From NCBI RefSeq assembly GCF_000195855.1, contig NC_002677.1:540001-572000 (forward strand): 32,000 bases of DNA, in the 5' to 3' direction. A program made the translations under genes and the position numbers. Position 1 is the first letter of the stretch, and every line of letters starts with the position of its first letter. Source of the DNA: Mycobacterium leprae TN. Lineage in GTDB: Bacteria > Actinomycetota > Actinomycetes > Mycobacteriales > Mycobacteriaceae. The notes under the pieces were generated by a model that was not told where the DNA came from, did not search any database, and worked only from the letters and a program-made list of their open reading frames with translations. This document shows positions 20,040 through 30,559 of the stretch, one piece after another.

Positions 20040-20125
20040 CTATAGAAAACTATGAAAAAGAAATAATTATATATATATTTAGTGTATGTCACTACATATT
20101 ATATTATGGGAATGTAACAATGGGT
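20040..20125. other. Extremely AT-rich patch with a short (TA)n run
   Basis: ctatagaaaactatgaaaaagaaataattatatatatatttagtgtatgtcactacatattatattatggg... A hand count gives roughly 20 G+C in about 86 nt, against about 58-68% in the flanking genes. Confidence 0.9.
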
Positions 20126-20179
20126 TGCAGAGCTTCACCAGTAGCGCACCGCCGGGATTTGTATGATTGCTGACTTAGA

Positions 20180-20800
20180 GCATCACCAAATTCCACTTTT
20201 TTGTTTGTGCTCAAATTAGCGCCGGTCGGCCGTGACCCAGGCAGCCGATACCGTCGGCATCCCACCTCACCAAGTGAAATTTCACTTGGACCGGCTCACG
20301 GCCTAGGGTCTGTTGGAAAGTGACTATGCATGCCTGATTGACCAATCCGGTCCCGACGCGGGGCGAACCTCCAGGCTGTACCGCAGGGCCCGCCGCGACA
20401 TCGCGGTCAGTCTCCCGCAGCTGCAATACGATGTTGTTCGGGCAGCTGATACGTGGCCATCTCGCAATATCGCAATATAACTAGCACCAGAGAACCCGTC
20501 ATCGAAGTGCTGCATCGCGTCGTTCATGACTAAGGGCAGACGATCGACGCTGTGCTGCTTGCAGGCAATTGCGCGTCGAGCCTCGCGCTGGATGGCAGCC
20601 CTATCTCTCACAGGCGGCGAGCGAACTCCGCTCGCCCGAGCGCATTGTTTCGATCACCTCGCTCACCTAGGCGTCGTCGCTGATCATTCCTACGCCCTGA
20701 CCGGGCGTCAACGAGCGCGGTGTGTGCATGTGCAGTCGTCGACTGCGATCGAGGCAATCTAGATTGGCACGTGCTGCCGGATCAGCGGTCAACGCGTCCT
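20180..20800 (+). pseudogene. Winged-HTH (ArsR-like) transcriptional regulator pseudogene
   Basis: VKFHLDRLTA*GLLESDY...GPDAGRTSRLYRRARRDIAVSLPQLQYDVV matches the family pattern KFHLDRLVxxGLL...GRPxKLYRxx...VSLPxRxYDL. There is an in-frame stop. Confidence 0.4.
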
Positions 20801-21369
20801 TGTTGCCCGCCCAGCACACAACGAAACCGTTGGTCAGCACGCGCTACAGAAATCGCGCCGATCAGGGCAGACTCATGACGACATCGAAGATTCGATTGAC
20901 CGCGGTGTCGGTTGCTTTAGTCGCTATTGGGGTCCGACGGCTGCCGTCGCCGGTCACCGACTCTCGGCACGCAGCCAGGCGAGTAGCCCACCCACACCTC
21001 GCTCGCGCCGGCGGCCAATACCTCGGTCAGTCTGCGGTACGCAGGAAATTCCGCTAAGCAACCGGCCGTGGCACCAACACCGCATCCAAGACGCTGTCAA
21101 ACAACGTCAGCGTGCGGCGCTTCACGTCCCCGTGCCCGTCGCCCTCAGACTCGCGGGCGACCAGGATGGCGACACGCGCATCGATCGCTTGACGGGCTCC
21201 GAGGCTGTCATATGCCTGTGTGGCTGTGGTGATTCCGGTGTCATGCGTCTGATTGACCTACGACCAGTTCGCGCCGAAACTAACTGACAACAAGGTGTAC
21301 TGCGAGGCAAGGGCATCCTCTAACAGCTCGGCTTCGTTGCTTATCAACCAAGTTCACTATGCTGATACC

Positions 21370-21405
21370 GAATTTCCCTTGCCTATAAGGAAATTCAGTT
21401 TTTAT
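21370..21405 (+). terminator. Candidate intrinsic terminator hairpin
   Basis: gaatttcc (21370-21377) pairs with ggaaattc (21389-21396) across an 11-nt loop, followed by agtttttat. No intact gene lies upstream, so it is probably relict. Confidence 0.25.
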
Positions 21406-21569
21406 GTGACAATATAATCGGCATTGCCCATGCCGACTATATTTAGTCTACCGGCAGCGGTGACCGGAGTGGCCAACTTACCGCCGGTGATCTCGCCCAT
21501 TGGGGCGTTAATGATCGGTACTCTTAGGACGAAACTCCTTGACCAGAGCGTCGATAACATCACTGTGTG

Positions 21570-21800
21570 CTATTGCGGCGAGTGAGCGATGCTTTTCAAC
21601 CCGGTCAGGATGATCCAAATCCTTGACGGGTGCTGTTGCCATGGAATTGCGACGTAGTCACCGGCCTTGCCATCCCGGGCGTTGCCACCGGCGGTAAGGC
21701 GTACGTGACCGCGCAGCACCTGCAACGTAGCCTTACTTGGGCTGTAATGTTCCGGACAGATCGTGGCTGACAAGCAGCGCCAGCACGGTCTGACAAAGCT
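21570..21800 (-). pseudogene. Cupin-domain protein remnant
   Basis: EHYSPSKATLQVLRGHVRLTAGGNARDGKAGDYVAIPWQQHP fits the cupin pattern HxH..E..YVLxGxxxxxxGG....L.AGDxVxIPxGxxH. Confidence 0.4.
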
Positions 21801-22199
21801 AGTGGGTATGAGCACCGTGGATGGTGTGTGTGATGAAGACATATATTACTATTATGACTGCATATATTGCGCTGCCGATGTTGCCAGCCCGACTGGGTAT
21901 TTACCCGGAGGACTCTTTAGCTTGGCGAAGCTGCTTGTTATACGTGGGGAGAAGCAGTATGTCTTCGGCCTGAATGACTCGACGAGTGTCGGCCCCGGGC
22001 CGGGCAACATGCCCTGGCTGGACGACCCAGGCCTGTCTGCTGTCATTGCGAGTTCCGTCGCAGCGGCTGAATTGGCTGCTGCGCGATCCTGGTAATTTCT
22101 AGCGGCTCGTTCGTGAACAGCTTCCTGGTTACCGGGCACATACTGCGCTTGGGCGAGTTTATCTAGCTTGCATCGACCGTGCTTTACTTTGGCAGCACC

Positions 22200-23356
22200 C
22201 GACGATCGTCCACTTAGCCAGGCCCCCTGATATCACTGGACGACGGGATCCAGCTCGTCACCAGTCACACAATGTACAGACTGACGGCCTTCATTGAAGC
22301 GCGGGTTCCTGGTCTTTAGTGCATGCCGGGGAGCTCGAAATTCAGGGTGGTGCGCAATCTCGCGAAAAGACGGTCATTCCGAACCAGTAGAAGCCGATTT
22401 CGCGCTCCGTGCTCGACAGCGTCATGAAGGCTTGTGAGCCGATGCTGACAACGGATGCGCCGACCGCGTTTCGCGGGATCCTTAGTCTATGAACCGCACT
22501 GGAAGTGCGCTTGTGTCGCTACGGCTGAAGGATCGTGTTCTTGGCGCGTTCTAAGTGGAGCAAGGTCATTCCGGCGAAAGCTGACGAAGAGTAGCAGAAT
22601 CTTCTGCATGCCTTCGCCCACCAAGCGGCCATCGCTATCGAAAACGCCCGGCATTTCGACGAGGTCGCCGAGTTTGCGCGAGGAGGAGAATAGCGTTCGC
22701 TAAGTGTTCCAAAAATTATGTACCCGCCGACATCGCCCGCGAGGCGTTCAATATCTTAAGGTTTATGGTGGGCGTGGGCGCTCGAGGCGCGCCGCGGCAG
22801 TGCTTTTTGCCGACATCCGCGGTTTCACCTCGATCAACTAGAAGATGCGACCGTAGGGCATAGTCGGCTCCACCAACGACTACCTGCAGCGCATGGTCGA
22901 CATCGTTTTCGACAAGGGCAGAATCGTCGACAAGTTCATCGGCGATGCTGTGATTAGCCGTTTTTGGCGCACCGGTGCCCAAGGCGGATGATGCCATTGG
23001 TGCCGTCCGCACAGTTATGCGCATGATGGAGGCAATCGATCGCTTTAACGAAGAGTAAGGGGTAACAGGCGGTGTCGAGATATACGTCAGGATCGGACTG
23101 CACACTGGCCGGCTGATACCCGGGCACATTGGCTTTGGTCGCAAGATGGAGTACGCTGTGACCGAGGGCGATGCGGTGAATGCGGCCAAGCGGGTCGAGG
23201 CGCTCAATCCGGAGATGGAAACGCGCATCCTAATCACCTGTAGAGTGTTTTGAGATGACGTAGGTGAGCCTTCCCAGGGCACGAGTTGGCGCATGTAGCA
23301 AGTCAAGGGCAAAGAGCAGCCGCTGCAGCTGTATACAGTGCTGAGTGAAGCGGTAG
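22200..23356 (+). pseudogene. GAF-domain class III adenylate cyclase pseudogene
   Basis: The catalytic domain lies in shifting frames: VLFADIRGFTS, NDYLQRMVDIVFDKGRIVDKFIGDAVI, AIGAVRTVMRMMEAIDRFNEE, GLHTGRLIPGHIG, MEYAVTEGDAVNAAKRVEALN and VKGKEQPLQLYTV. A GAF-like part lies upstream (FAHQAAIAIENARHFDEV). Confidence 0.75.
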
Positions 23357-23631
23357 TTTCCTACCGCAATCGAAATCATGCCTTACTCGGGGGCCGTGAA
23401 TTAGATACGGTGCACCTTTGGCAACAACCGCGGGCGGACCGTTATCAGCATCGTCGCTAACAAACCCCAGTAATGGCGGATTGCTCCCCTACCCCGCTTG
23501 GTGTGACCGCAGTGATGACCAGCTCATCTTCGGGAAAGCTCGGCGTCCAACCCGAGTGCGCGGTATACCGCCCGAGCATGATGTCAGGCGCTCTCACTTC
23601 TGTGTCTGAAAATTAGTTCACGCAGTACTCC

Positions 23632-24537
23632 TTGGAGACGTTCCGGTTAGGATTGGCCGCGGCCACTGCTGCCAGCATTTGGGCGATGTTGAATCAGCCG
23701 GGCGACGCTATTAGTCTCGGCTCCGTGGTGGACGGTTACACCAGATTCACGCGATATGTAGCCATCGGCGACAGTCAGACCGAAGGCTTGTGGGAGGGTG
23801 ATGACACGGTCGGGCTCCTAGGATTTGCTGATCGCCTCGCAGCACTGGTCGATGCGGTGTATCCCGGTTTGGTATACGCTAACCTCGCGATCCGCGGCAA
23901 GTTGCTGGCCGATGTACTCACGGAGCAGGTACCGCAGGTACTGGCAATGCGGCCGGATCTGATCACTGTGTGCGCCGGGATGAACGATGTTATCCAGCCG
24001 GGACGATCGTTCGCCCGTGCGCTTGCCGATCTTGAATCCATGTATGCTGCGCTGGCCGAATCGGGGGCGACGATAGTGACGACAACCTTCCCCAACGTCG
24101 TGCAGTTCCTCCCGCTCGGACGACTTGTGGCTAGACGGCTGTTGCGCATTAACAATGCGATTACCGCCGCCGCCGACCGCTACGAGTTTAAGCTCGTCGA
24201 CCTGTATAATGCCGCTTCGATGCGAGATTCGGCCACTTGGGACATCGACCGCGTACATGCGTCCACCAAGGGACATATTCTGTTTGCTGCCGCAGTTGCC
24301 GAAGCTCTCAATTTGCCTAACAGTAGCCATGATTGGGCCGAAGCGAGCGGTAATCATGCGCAGGTGCCATTTGGAGTCCGTAGCTATGAGCAGCTGCGCT
24401 GGATGCGGGAAATTTTTATGCCGTGGGTGTGGCGATGGCTGCGTGGCAAATCTTCAGCCGATGGGCGAGTACCTAAACGCCCGCGGTTAGAACCTGTTAG
24501 CGCGTCACACGTAGAACACCACGACGCGCCAACTTGA
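23632..24537 (+). CDS. SGNH/GDSL-family hydrolase (lipase/esterase-like)
   Basis: This is an intact 301-aa ORF. Block I is VAIGDSQTEG, block III is CAGMNDV and block V is DRVHAS. The TTG start is uncertain. There is a Trp/Arg-rich C-terminal tail (WMREIFMPWVWRWLRGK). Confidence 0.85.
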   Translation: METFRLGLAAATAASIWAMLNQPGDAISLGSVVDGYTRFTRYVAIGDSQTEGLWEGDDTVGLLGFADRLAALVDAVYPGLVYANLAIRGKLLADVLTEQVPQVLAMRPDLITVCAGMNDVIQPGRSFARALADLESMYAALAESGATIVTTTFPNVVQFLPLGRLVARRLLRINNAITAAADRYEFKLVDLYNAASMRDSATWDIDRVHASTKGHILFAAAVAEALNLPNSSHDWAEASGNHAQVPFGVRSYEQLRWMREIFMPWVWRWLRGKSSADGRVPKRPRLEPVSASHVEHHDAPT

Positions 24538-24582
24538 CGCTAAGAGCCTGCGGCGCGCATCCCGGTCGGGCATTCTTGATGT

Positions 24583-25227
24583 ATGGACGTGGATGCTCTG
24601 CTGCAGTCAATACCACCACTTGCAGTCTACCTGCTGGTCAGCGGTGTGGTCGGGGTCGAGAGTTTGGGCATTCCCCTACCGGGAGAGGTCGTGCTGGTAA
24701 GTGCGGCGCTGTTGTCGTCGCGTCACGACCTGGCGGTCAGCTCGATCGGTGTCGGTGTCGTCGCTGTGATTGGCGCCGCAGTCGGCGACTCGATCGGCTA
24801 CGCTATTGGCCGCCGATTTGGCATGCCGCTCTTTGATCACCTTGGCCGGCGGTTTCCGAAGCACTTCGGTCCGGGGCATGTCGCGTTGGTCGAGCGGTTG
24901 TTTAATCGCTGGGGTGTGCGGGCGGTCTTCTTTGGTCGTTTTATCGCGTTGCTGCGCATACTCGCCGGGCCGCTGGCGGGAGCGTTGAAAATGCACTACC
25001 CGCGCTTTCTAGCTGCCAACGTATCGGGTGCCATTTGTTGGGCAGGCGGTACTACCGCGCTGGTCTACTTCGCCGGGATGGCCGCCGAACGCTGGATGGA
25101 ACGATTCTCTTGGATCGCGCTCATCATCACCGTGGTGGTCGGCATCATCGCCGCAATCTTGCTGCGCGAACGAACGTCACGGATAATTGCCGAACTTGAG
25201 ATGGAGTATAAAAACCGCCGGCACTAA
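24583..25227 (+). CDS. dedA: DedA-family inner-membrane protein
   Basis: This is an intact 214-aa ORF with an ATG start. It has the DedA core (ESLGIPLPGEVVLVSAALL..., GRFIALLRILAGPLAGALKM) and multiple TM segments. It is Rv2637-like. Confidence 0.9.
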   Translation: MDVDALLQSIPPLAVYLLVSGVVGVESLGIPLPGEVVLVSAALLSSRHDLAVSSIGVGVVAVIGAAVGDSIGYAIGRRFGMPLFDHLGRRFPKHFGPGHVALVERLFNRWGVRAVFFGRFIALLRILAGPLAGALKMHYPRFLAANVSGAICWAGGTTALVYFAGMAAERWMERFSWIALIITVVVGIIAAILLRERTSRIIAELEMEYKNRRH

Positions 25228-25459
25228 ACCTAACCGCCCCTAATTCCGTTTGACGCCTGCCGTGAGGGGAGCTAGCTCGCCGGGCTGGGTTTGGCCATCA
25301 GTCATCGTGCCGTTGTTCGTCTCGTCCACCGGCGCACTGACTTACGCGTAATTTCTATGTCGGCACGGTTGTCTTGAATATGTCCCCAGTGTTGTTAACG
25401 ACGTGGCAAAGGCCAACGGCCAACACCACTGTGATATCCGACTAGTTACGCCAGACTAG

Positions 25460-25990
25460 ACCCGGAAACAACGCAAGCCTGTGCTGTTGGTCAGCATCAC
25501 GTTGGCGGCAATGTTGATCGCTGCGGTGGCTGGTGCTGGCAGTCGCCCTGATGATCAACATTCGCACGACGGTCGCTTTGCCGTCTAGCCCTAGGCAGAA
25601 TCTTATCGTGCCGGCCCAACAGACCTCCGCTTACCTCGCTGCATGAGTCTGCGCCGCTGTCCTCACCGATGCCCACCCATGTTGCAACGCGGCAGCCGGA
25701 CTGCACCTATGCCCGCAATACTGGTCTCGGCTTCGTCGGTCCCCACACCCGTTCCAGCGGCTCCGGTGCTTGTCCCGCTTCCGCTACCGCGTTTCCCACT
25801 ATCGGTTCCGAACATCCAGCCTCCGGTGAACCTGTCAAGTTCTCCGGTCCACCTATCGAGTCCACCGGTACAGGTTCCGATGGCGCTGCTGCAACTACCC
25901 AGCCCTAGACCATCGATGCAGGTGTCCACACTCGAGCCACCGGTGCACCTATCGGAGCTTAAGGTTCTCCACAGTGGCCTGCCCTCGTAG
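25460..25990 (+). pseudogene. Possible proline-rich membrane-anchored protein remnant
   Basis: A TM-like segment (KPVLLVSITLAAMLIAAVAGAG) is followed, after stops, by the Pro-rich ORF 25643-25990 with periodic PPV(N/H/Q)LSS units. There are competing ORFs in other frames and on the other strand. Confidence 0.3.
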
Positions 25991-26056
25991 CACAGCCGGC
26001 CTCAACCATGCCCCAAATACCGGTGTTAATTCCTCACTTTGGTATTTAATTTATCG

Positions 26057-26839
26057 CTATACCGCGAGCAAGCGAACCAGCCCGATTAGGCCGATCGCCA
26101 CGATGGTGGCCCGCAAAACATTCGGCGATAGTCGGCGCGCGTAACGGGTCCCAACTAATCCCCCAACCAGTGAGCTCGCCGCGATCATGCCGGCCGCCGA
26201 CCAGTTGATCCGATCGAAGGCCACCAGCGTATAGCCAACTGCCGCAGTAAGATTTACCAACATCGACAAAAGGTTCTTAGCCGCGTTTATGCGCTGCATC
26301 GACTCTGGTAGCAATATACTCATTAGGCTGACCAGCAGGATGCCTTGCCCGGCAGTGAAGTAACCACCGTAGACGCTGACAGCGAAGGTGCCAAGCGCCA
26401 GCATAGCCATCTGGGCCGGTGTGGTGTGTTCGGCGCGGTTAACGGCCGCTTTGGCCCGACACCGCGTCCAGGACTGAATCCGCGGCCCGGCCACTACTAG
26501 CACCAACGCCAGGACGAGAAGCATTGGCACGATAGCGGTAAACACCTTCTCAGGCAGATGCAGGAGCAGAAAGGCGCCTAGCGCTGCACCGGTCAGCGAC
26601 ATCGGGATCTGCCAGCGTAATCGACTCCACCGATCGCCCAGCTCGGCACGATAGCCCCAAGTAGCCGATACACCGCCAGCCACTAGACCGACCGCGTTAG
26701 ACATGGTCGACGTGACCGGTGAGTAACCAAGGGCGACGAGCGTTGGAAACGTGATCAAAGTGCCGGATCCGACGAGCGCATTGATCGCGCCAGCACCGAA
26801 CCCGGCCAAGCCTATCGTAGCCAAGTGTGAAACCAACAC
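26057..26839 (-). CDS. TauE/SafE (DUF81) family anion-export permease
   Basis: This is an intact 260-aa polytopic ORF. The Gly-rich N-terminus FGAGAINALVGSGTLITFPTLVALG and the internal repeat are typical of TauE/SafE. It has a GTG start. Confidence 0.82.
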   Translation of the reverse strand: MLVSHLATIGLAGFGAGAINALVGSGTLITFPTLVALGYSPVTSTMSNAVGLVAGGVSATWGYRAELGDRWSRLRWQIPMSLTGAALGAFLLLHLPEKVFTAIVPMLLVLALVLVVAGPRIQSWTRCRAKAAVNRAEHTTPAQMAMLALGTFAVSVYGGYFTAGQGILLVSLMSILLPESMQRINAAKNLLSMLVNLTAAVGYTLVAFDRINWSAAGMIAASSLVGGLVGTRYARRLSPNVLRATIVAIGLIGLVRLLAV

Positions 26840-26889
26840 CCCGGGACCTTAGTCCGACGTAGTGTTGCACCGCCAATAACCGTGCACTA

Positions 26890-27480
26890 AATCACCTCGC
26901 ACCACCGTGGTCCGGCGCGAGGCACTTCGTGACTAAGGTCTATTCCGGTGCGGAGCTTGACCGGGGCCGAGCTTTTTGCTGATTGAGCCCACCGGGTCCG
27001 ACGGCACTCGTTTAGGTTGACCCGGTCATCACCGATCGCTGGAGGAGGGATCCGGTGGCGAGAGTTCCGTTGACAGGTGACGTCTATGAACAACGCAGTA
27101 AGTGGAACGGGTACTTGACGGCGACTAACGTGTCTTGGCGCCATCGATGGCGTGGTGGTGGGTATTGGGCAACCGAGCCTCAAAAACTCCGAAGTCTGCC
27201 GGGAACGGACCTGTCAGAATGTTTATTGACGAACATGACCGGGTATCTAAATCAACTCTAAGGTAAGGGCGCCAGTCGATAGCCACGCGCCTTAACAGGG
27301 ATATGAAAATAAGCCGGACCACCTAGCCTTTTCGTCAAGCCATGGCTGTGCAGCAATACCACGGATGGGCCAAGTTCACCAATGTCAGCGTAGTTTGGTT
27401 CCCGGACCGCGATCAAGATTTGGTGTTCAGAATGCGACCAGGTTGTTGTGCGCCACGTGCCGTTCACCGATCCACTGTAG
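26890..27480 (-). pseudogene. Alpha/beta-hydrolase (epoxide-hydrolase-like) pseudogene
   Basis: GPSVVLLHSHGLTK...ARGYRLAPL matches GPxVVLLHGxP...AGYRVxAPDxRG. The downstream part is disrupted. Confidence 0.45.
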
Positions 27481-27899
27481 CGCTCGACCTATTCGCCAGC
27501 CTCCCGTGCTCATATGCTCCTATGAGCAAAAAAACTGACGATCAACTGCCGACTTCTGACCGGATCTGTTTGGTGCACAATGCTTTACCTATTCGGGTAT
27601 GGTTAGTCATCGTGTGATGACCATAAACGTGCAGCACTTAACCTCAAGCTGCTCTACAGATTGCACCTGTCAACAGAAGTCGGCGAGCGTCACGCATTTC
27701 GACGACGATAAAGCGTGGGGTGTGCTGCCGACGCTCGGCCGGGTACGTTTCCGGCTGTGACTCGCAGCAAGGAATGCATTTGACTAACCCAATCCGCAAG
27801 CTGGCCAACGCAGCCGGAGATGCCGAGCGAATCAACCGGTGGATTGAGTACAGGCTACGCCATGGTTAAGCCACTAGCGGCAGTGTACACTATAATGCC

Positions 27900-29441
27900 A
27901 TTTACTCATCAGGGGATTTATATCACATGTCGGCGCCCGGTACAGTACCGATTACATAGCGATTCACTATGTTGAGTGACAGTGGTCCTGGGCACAGTGG
28001 ATGTCGCGTATTCGTCGTGCAGCGGGCGCGCTCCACGCAGCCAATTGTGCGGCGTGGCCAGTGTGTGGTATTTCCTGGACGAAAGCCACCCGGCTTGCTT
28101 TGACATTCTGCTTGTGGCCGCGTTGTATTGGTTCGGTGGCTAACATCGTCAATTGGCGAGTAATCGGTGATGAACTCGGCCATGTGCTCAACGATAGTGA
28201 CGCACGAGTGTTTTTCATTGGTGCCAAACTGCAGTCATCAATTGAGCTAATTAGTGCGCGAATCCCCGGTTTTAGTACACATCATTGTGGTGGCTATGGC
28301 CCTAGTCAGAACGAAGACCCTTATGAATCCTGTTTCGTTGCAGCTATATCGGTCGCCGCCGACCCGTATAGTGTCGACGCTGACACCGCCCTGGTGATCT
28401 ACAGCTCGGGCCTTCCCGGATGGCCCAAAGGGTTCGTATTAAGCCGACGCGCCTTGGTCAACCACATCAAGAGCTTGGTCCAGCTGTTTCTGTTAGGCAA
28501 GGGGGACGCGAACGTGGTTGCGATGGCCCCTGTTCTACGTCGGTGGGTTTTCGTACGCATTTTTGATATCAGGGTCAAGGCGCCAACTAGCCTGGCCCGC
28601 GAACCCGGAGCTGCAACACTAATCGGCTCCCTGAATTCCGGGACACTTATGCATCTTTGATGCCCCCGGTGATTGCCCAGTTTCTGGACGTCGGTCACGT
28701 GGCGGTGAGTGCCTTCTCCGGCTTGCGCTACGTTATGTATGTAACAGCCACTATGCCTCTATGCTATGGCGAGTGCTCGCAGCTTGGCCCCGCATTAATT
28801 TCATCCAGCTGTAAGTACAAAAGAAATTTTGCAGCGCGATCACCGCCCCTAACGGGAAAACACCGCGATTACAGGCTACTCAACGTGTTGCTGTAACCCG
28901 TAAAAGAATTGCTGAGCAACGAAATCGAGAGCGTTGATCCCGAATCAGGTAACTAACCAAACTATCAGGCAATCCGGCGAGATCTGGATACAAAACAATC
29001 AGCGCATAAGCCGCTATTTTAATCAGCCACAAGCAACTGTCGACACGATTACCACAGATGTCTAGGTTGCGCACCGGAGACATCGGTCACCTCGGCGCCG
29101 ATGGTTACCTCATACATATAGTACATCTAGGACCGGTTGAAGGACATGATAATCGGCGCTGGCGAGAAACGTGTACAGACCTGAGGTGGAAGCGTGCTTA
29201 TCGGACATATTGCTGTTTATGATGCCACGGTAATAGGTATTTCTTATAACTTCTGTGGTGAATCCGTCAAGGCGATCGTTGTCATCACCACTACTGAAAT
29301 GGAACCTGGATGACATCATCGAATTTTTGTCACAAGTATCTGGTGGGCTACAAATGTCTGAAAGTCGTTTATTTCTTAGCAGCGATACCCCGCGATGCAA
29401 GCGGTAAAATCTTTAAAACCAAGTTCCAGCAGCATTATTAG
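27900..29441 (+). pseudogene. Fatty-acyl-AMP/CoA ligase (FadD, AMP-binding family) pseudogene
   Basis: Segments are IVNWRVIGDELGHVLNDSDARVFFIG and the AMP motif YSSGLPGWPKGFVLSRRALVNH. Later segments in shifted frames are LRTGDIGHLGADGYL, GESVKAIVV-like sequence and IPRDASGKIFKTKFQQHY*. Confidence 0.75.
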
Positions 29442-29898
29442 AGAGAAAGGCCACGAGGAATTTAGGCACCTTCAGAATCCGAATTGATCATCGATGATGC
29501 CGATAACACATGCTGGGTGTCGTTGCATGGTGCCGTGTTTTGCCCCACAAGACACTTCTCGCACCGGCGCCAGCGTGGGTGCAACATCGGCGCGGACCAA
29601 CGGTGGGCCGAAATTGTACTGGATCGCCTGATGCGGGCTCTCCTTGAGGACCTGGTCAACGAGATGGCTTTGCGGGCACTCAAAGGTTCAGCACGCCGAT
29701 CCCTGCTTGACTAGCTACCATAGTTCATCGTACTTACCGCTTACCGGGATATTGGTCTCGTTATCGGTGCCACACTCGTTGTCATCCGGAGGGTGAGAAG
29801 GTAGAGAGTTGTGGCTTCCTAACACCTTGATTGACCACCCCAGCGCGGGTAGCATTTGCATTGTCAGCAAAGGAGTGAGATCGGTAGTGTAGAGCTGG

Positions 29899-30290
29899 TC
29901 ACGCAGAAATCAAGTCAGCGAAGTTCCTTGATTTCTGCCGACTGCGTTGTCGCAACGGCAATTGGATGCGGAAAGCATGGTCGCCTCTAACCTCCAGTCT
30001 GTGTTCATTGGCTGCGGGAGCACGGAACCGGGCTATCTCCTGCAGTCTGTTCTGATCGAGAGTGACTCCAAAATTAAGTTTTTTGTCGCACTCACGGATC
30101 GCTGACTAGTCCGGTTCGGGCTTTCCGCCCGGCAATATGAAACGCCTTGTGTCGCGCTTGCGCACAGTTAACACCCTGCTTGAGGCGTCTCTCGACACCA
30201 CGGCATTGACCCGGATGGCATCCGCTAGATACTTCCTCAACCAACCGGAATCACCTTCATATCTCAATGCGGCATGCACCCAGGCCGCAC
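29899..30290 (-). pseudogene. Second, decayed Nudix hydrolase
   Basis: VLTVRKRDTRRFILPGGKPEPD*SAIREC...LNFGVTLDQNRLQEIARFRAPAANEHRLEV shows the Nudix fold and box pattern (PGGKxExGE...E). There is a stop inside the box. Confidence 0.55.
29903..29938. repeat. 12-bp perfect inverted repeat with a 12-nt spacer
   Basis: gcagaaatcaag (29903-29914) and cttgatttctgc (29927-29938), at the 3' end of the Nudix pseudogene. Confidence 0.85.
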
Positions 30291-30559
30291 ATCACACCGT
30301 CGGCGCGTCAACGTACTTTGTTACTCAGCCTAGATAATGCTGCGGCAAACCAGAGGGCCGATGCAGCGGTACTAGGCACTGATGGTGGCCTCAGTGGTAT
30401 AGCTGACCCTTCCGCATAATCAAACTGTGCTCTCCCCACCTCTGATGGTAGTGTGCGCGGCTTTGTCGACCATGAAGTGATTGAACTCCAGCACTGTTTC
30501 GGTAGATTTTGAGCAGCCTAACGAACTAATATACCGGGTCCACATTTCACCCTGCATTT

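Noticed and set aside
22716-23312. A 198-aa minus-strand ORF, the longest unassigned ORF in the window
   Set aside because: It lies exactly antisense to the adenylate-cyclase catalytic-domain pseudogene, whose motifs are clear on the plus strand. It has low-complexity S/T/P/A composition and no recognisable domain, so it is an antisense artefact of GC-rich DNA.
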